A stretch of 64,000 nt of DNA from an uncultured Verrucomicrobiae bacterium. GTDB lineage: Bacteria > Verrucomicrobiota > Verrucomicrobiia > Chthoniobacterales > JAATET01. Position 1 is the first letter of the stretch. The number at the start of each line of letters is the position of its first letter. A model generated the notes under the pieces. That model had not been told where the DNA came from. It saw only the letters and a program-made list of their open reading frames with translations, and did no database searches. This document shows positions 62,181-64,000 of this stretch, one piece after another. Both the position numbers and the translations under genes were made by a program. The stretch covers positions 151,724 to 215,723 of the forward strand of contig CAWDOJ010000003.1 of NCBI GenBank assembly GCA_963803825.1, given 5' to 3'.

Positions 62181-62226
62181 AGGGACTGGTCTCTTGGGGT
62201 CGATGGCGCTTGGCGGTTAACGGGGA

Positions 62227-63372
62227 TTAAGGGGGGGGCGCCGGGGCGGGTGTCGCGGTCTGCGCGGCTTCGGCTTCGGCCACCGCAGCTTTCTCGGCGG
62301 CGAGTTGCTTCGCAGCGAGTTCCCGTTTTCCGGTGTCGATGAGCTGCTTGAGTCGAGCGAGTCCTTCGTACTTGGGCCACGTATCTCCGACCGCTTTGAT
62401 CGTGGTCTCGGCGGCGGCGTATTCTTCGGACGCGATGAAGGAGTGAGCTTGCACGATGTCTTTGATCGCGCGTTCGCGGGGCGCGCGGTCGAGCTTGCTC
62501 GCGGCCTGCTCGACTTTGCTCGCTGCGACCCGCATCTGGGTCAGACCTTTTTCGTCGTAGTCGAGGATCTGGTAAAAGTCCTGCCGCGCCGACTTCGCTC
62601 GCTCGGCGAGGCTTACCGCGTAGGCGTCTTGTCGGTCGAGGGCACCCTGAACCTGACTGCGGTCCGCGATCCCCGCGAGGTCGAGCGTGCGTTGGCGCTT
62701 GGCGAGGGTGTTGGAAAGATTATTGAGCGCAAAATCCAACTGTTGCTTGAGGCTCTTGGTGGCGTTGCGGGCAAGGGGGATGGCGCGGGTAGTCGCGATC
62801 GACTGCGGGTATTTCGAGACCAAAACGCTAAATTCGTTCAGGGCAGAACCGAACGCATCTTTCTCGAGATACTCACGCATCTTTACGAAGAGGCGCGCAG
62901 CTTCGATCTGGTATTTCTCGGCGGCCTGCTGGCTAGGCGCGAGCCAGATGCCGAAGAGTTTGATGTCCCCGGCTTCGAGGCGTTCTGACTCCGCCTCGAG
63001 GCCACGGATGCGTTGCAGGAGTTCGGGCTTGTGAACGAAGTTCGGATATTCTTCGACGAAGGGACGGAGTCGATCGTTGAGAAGGTCGTTGATGGGGCCG
63101 GGACTCAACGCGAGGTCGGGGTTCGGCGTCGCTTTCAAACGCTCGTACGCGATCTCTTCGTCGGCGACTTTCTCGACGGTGGCGATGTCGGCGCGGGGGA
63201 CGATCCGCTTCTCCATGATGGTCTCAGAAAACGGGATCTCGATGGTCACGAAGTCGTCGGTTTCGGTGAGGATTTTTCCTTCGTACTTCTCGCCCGACTT
63301 GGTGAGAACGGTGTCGGCGAGGCAAGGGAGTAGGCAGGAGAGAAAGGCTAGGGTGAGGGCGAAACGCTGCAC
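62227..63372 (-). CDS. Secreted hypothetical protein (small beta N-domain plus long helical region)
   Basis: Intact 381-aa ORF with signal peptide MQRFALTLAFLSCLLPCLA. The N-domain reads TKSGEKYEGKILTETDDFVTIEIP, followed by helical TPR-like repeats and an Ala/Pro tail. Confidence 0.7.
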   Translation of the reverse strand: MQRFALTLAFLSCLLPCLADTVLTKSGEKYEGKILTETDDFVTIEIPFSETIMEKRIVPRADIATVEKVADEEIAYERLKATPNPDLALSPGPINDLLNDRLRPFVEEYPNFVHKPELLQRIRGLEAESERLEAGDIKLFGIWLAPSQQAAEKYQIEAARLFVKMREYLEKDAFGSALNEFSVLVSKYPQSIATTRAIPLARNATKSLKQQLDFALNNLSNTLAKRQRTLDLAGIADRSQVQGALDRQDAYAVSLAERAKSARQDFYQILDYDEKGLTQMRVAASKVEQAASKLDRAPRERAIKDIVQAHSFIASEEYAAAETTIKAVGDTWPKYEGLARLKQLIDTGKRELAAKQLAAEKAAVAEAEAAQTATPAPAPPP

Positions 63373-63441
63373 GGGATCAAGGGTTGAGGGTTCCGGTTAA
63401 AGTATTGAGAATGCTTTGGAAGTAAATAGCGCCTGCAACAA

Positions 63442-64000
63442 TCACGCCTCGGCACCACACAGCTCAATCGCTCGCCGGATGATGGACGCGTGGGCGTTGG
63501 CGCGGAGGTCGATGGAAAATTCCGACGGGGTTTCGATCGTCAAGGTGCGGTCGGCAAAGTGGAAATGCAGGACGAACGCTTCGGGATGGTCGGGCATGAA
63601 GTCGGGATCGACGCGGCGGCGGACGAGGCCGTTGCGGGACGAGCGACCCTCGATAGACTTCCGCTGATCGACGGGCAGATGCTTCGACGCAGCCCGGAGG
63701 AGGTCTTCGCCCCAGAAGGGGCTGCCGTTCTTGATCTCGTAGAGGTAGAGACCGTTGGCGTCGTAGTCTTCGTGCAGGGTGAGAGCGCAGGTGAAGGTGC
63801 GACCGGCGAGGAGGGCGCGGTGGGCGGCGGTCTGCGGGATGTCGTCGGTGCGGTAGCTGCGATTGAGATCGCGACCGGCTTCGTCGGTGCGAACGTTGTT
63901 CACGAGGCCCCAGGGGTTGAGGCAGGGGAAGAGTAGAAAATTGAATCGCTCGAGCTGGTCGGGGTGCCGCTCCAGCCACGCGAGCAGGCCTTCGGTCGCA
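63442..64000 (-). CDS. M14-family zinc carboxypeptidase-like protein (5' end outside window)
   Basis: The frame is open to the window edge. Motifs: FPCLNPWGLVNNVRTDEAGRDLNRSY (the NP.G...R.N..G.DLNR pattern) and LTLHEDYD. Confidence 0.6.
   Translation of the reverse strand, partial: ATEGLLAWLERHPDQLERFNFLLFPCLNPWGLVNNVRTDEAGRDLNRSYRTDDIPQTAAHRALLAGRTFTCALTLHEDYDANGLYLYEIKNGSPFWGEDLLRAASKHLPVDQRKSIEGRSSRNGLVRRRVDPDFMPDHPEAFVLHFHFADRTLTIETPSEFSIDLRANAHASIIRRAIELCGAEA

Noticed and set aside
1-64000. Programmed ribosomal frameshifting or recoding as the explanation for the broken genes
   Set aside because: The breaks are both +1 and -1. They occur in many unrelated genes, sometimes ten per gene, with no slippery heptamer or downstream structure at the junctions I resolved. 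In-frame stop reassignment would not repair them.

Overview
GC-rich bacterial chromosomal window with strong G/C bias at third codon positions, so long Pro/Arg/Ser-rich antisense shadow ORFs are common. I saw no rRNA, tRNA, CRISPR array, transposase or integrase. The content (two PEP-CTERM-tagged proteins, a sulfatase, SHD1-like secreted proteins) fits a Verrucomicrobiota/Planctomycetota-like organism, but this is a weak inference. The window has three zones. (1) 1-22.7 kb holds a Wzx/Wzy-type polysaccharide locus: two O-antigen-ligase-like proteins, a methyltransferase, a flippase, a beta-barrel protein, a Wzc-like kinase and a Wza-like exporter. Housekeeping genes follow (pgsA, gnd, trpF?, trpB, ribD, an SF2 helicase). 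Most genes in this zone are broken, many of them by several frameshifts, yet the fragments still read as well-conserved protein. Coordinates here are approximate. (2) 22.8-30.4 kb holds envelope and secreted genes: an AI-2E permease, a sulfatase, a propeller/FN3 protein, a small secreted protein and a CAP-domain protein. Nearly every intergenic gap in this zone carries a copy of a composite palindromic repeat that I do not recognise as a described family. Each copy has tandem ~12-nt GAAATGGGGTCA units, a hairpin core, and the inverted units TGACCCCATTCC. (3) 30.5-64 kb is mostly intact housekeeping: dxr, cdsA, metY, metX, mtnP, yggS, mgtE, ppk2, xylA, hisA, hisH. Embedded in it at 43.1-57.2 kb is the most interesting candidate system. 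It is a translationally coupled operon encoding a cNMP-binding degenerate kinase, a membrane-anchored pseudo-receiver, a BcsB-like protein, and a PilZ-less processive GT2 synthase with a GspE_N/MshEN-like N-terminus. These are followed by a polytopic membrane protein, a TIM-barrel glycosidase and a ~1600-aa PEP-CTERM repeat protein. A convergent PEP-CTERM-tagged GH5 endoglucanase faces the operon. All family assignments come from reading motifs by eye; no searches were run.
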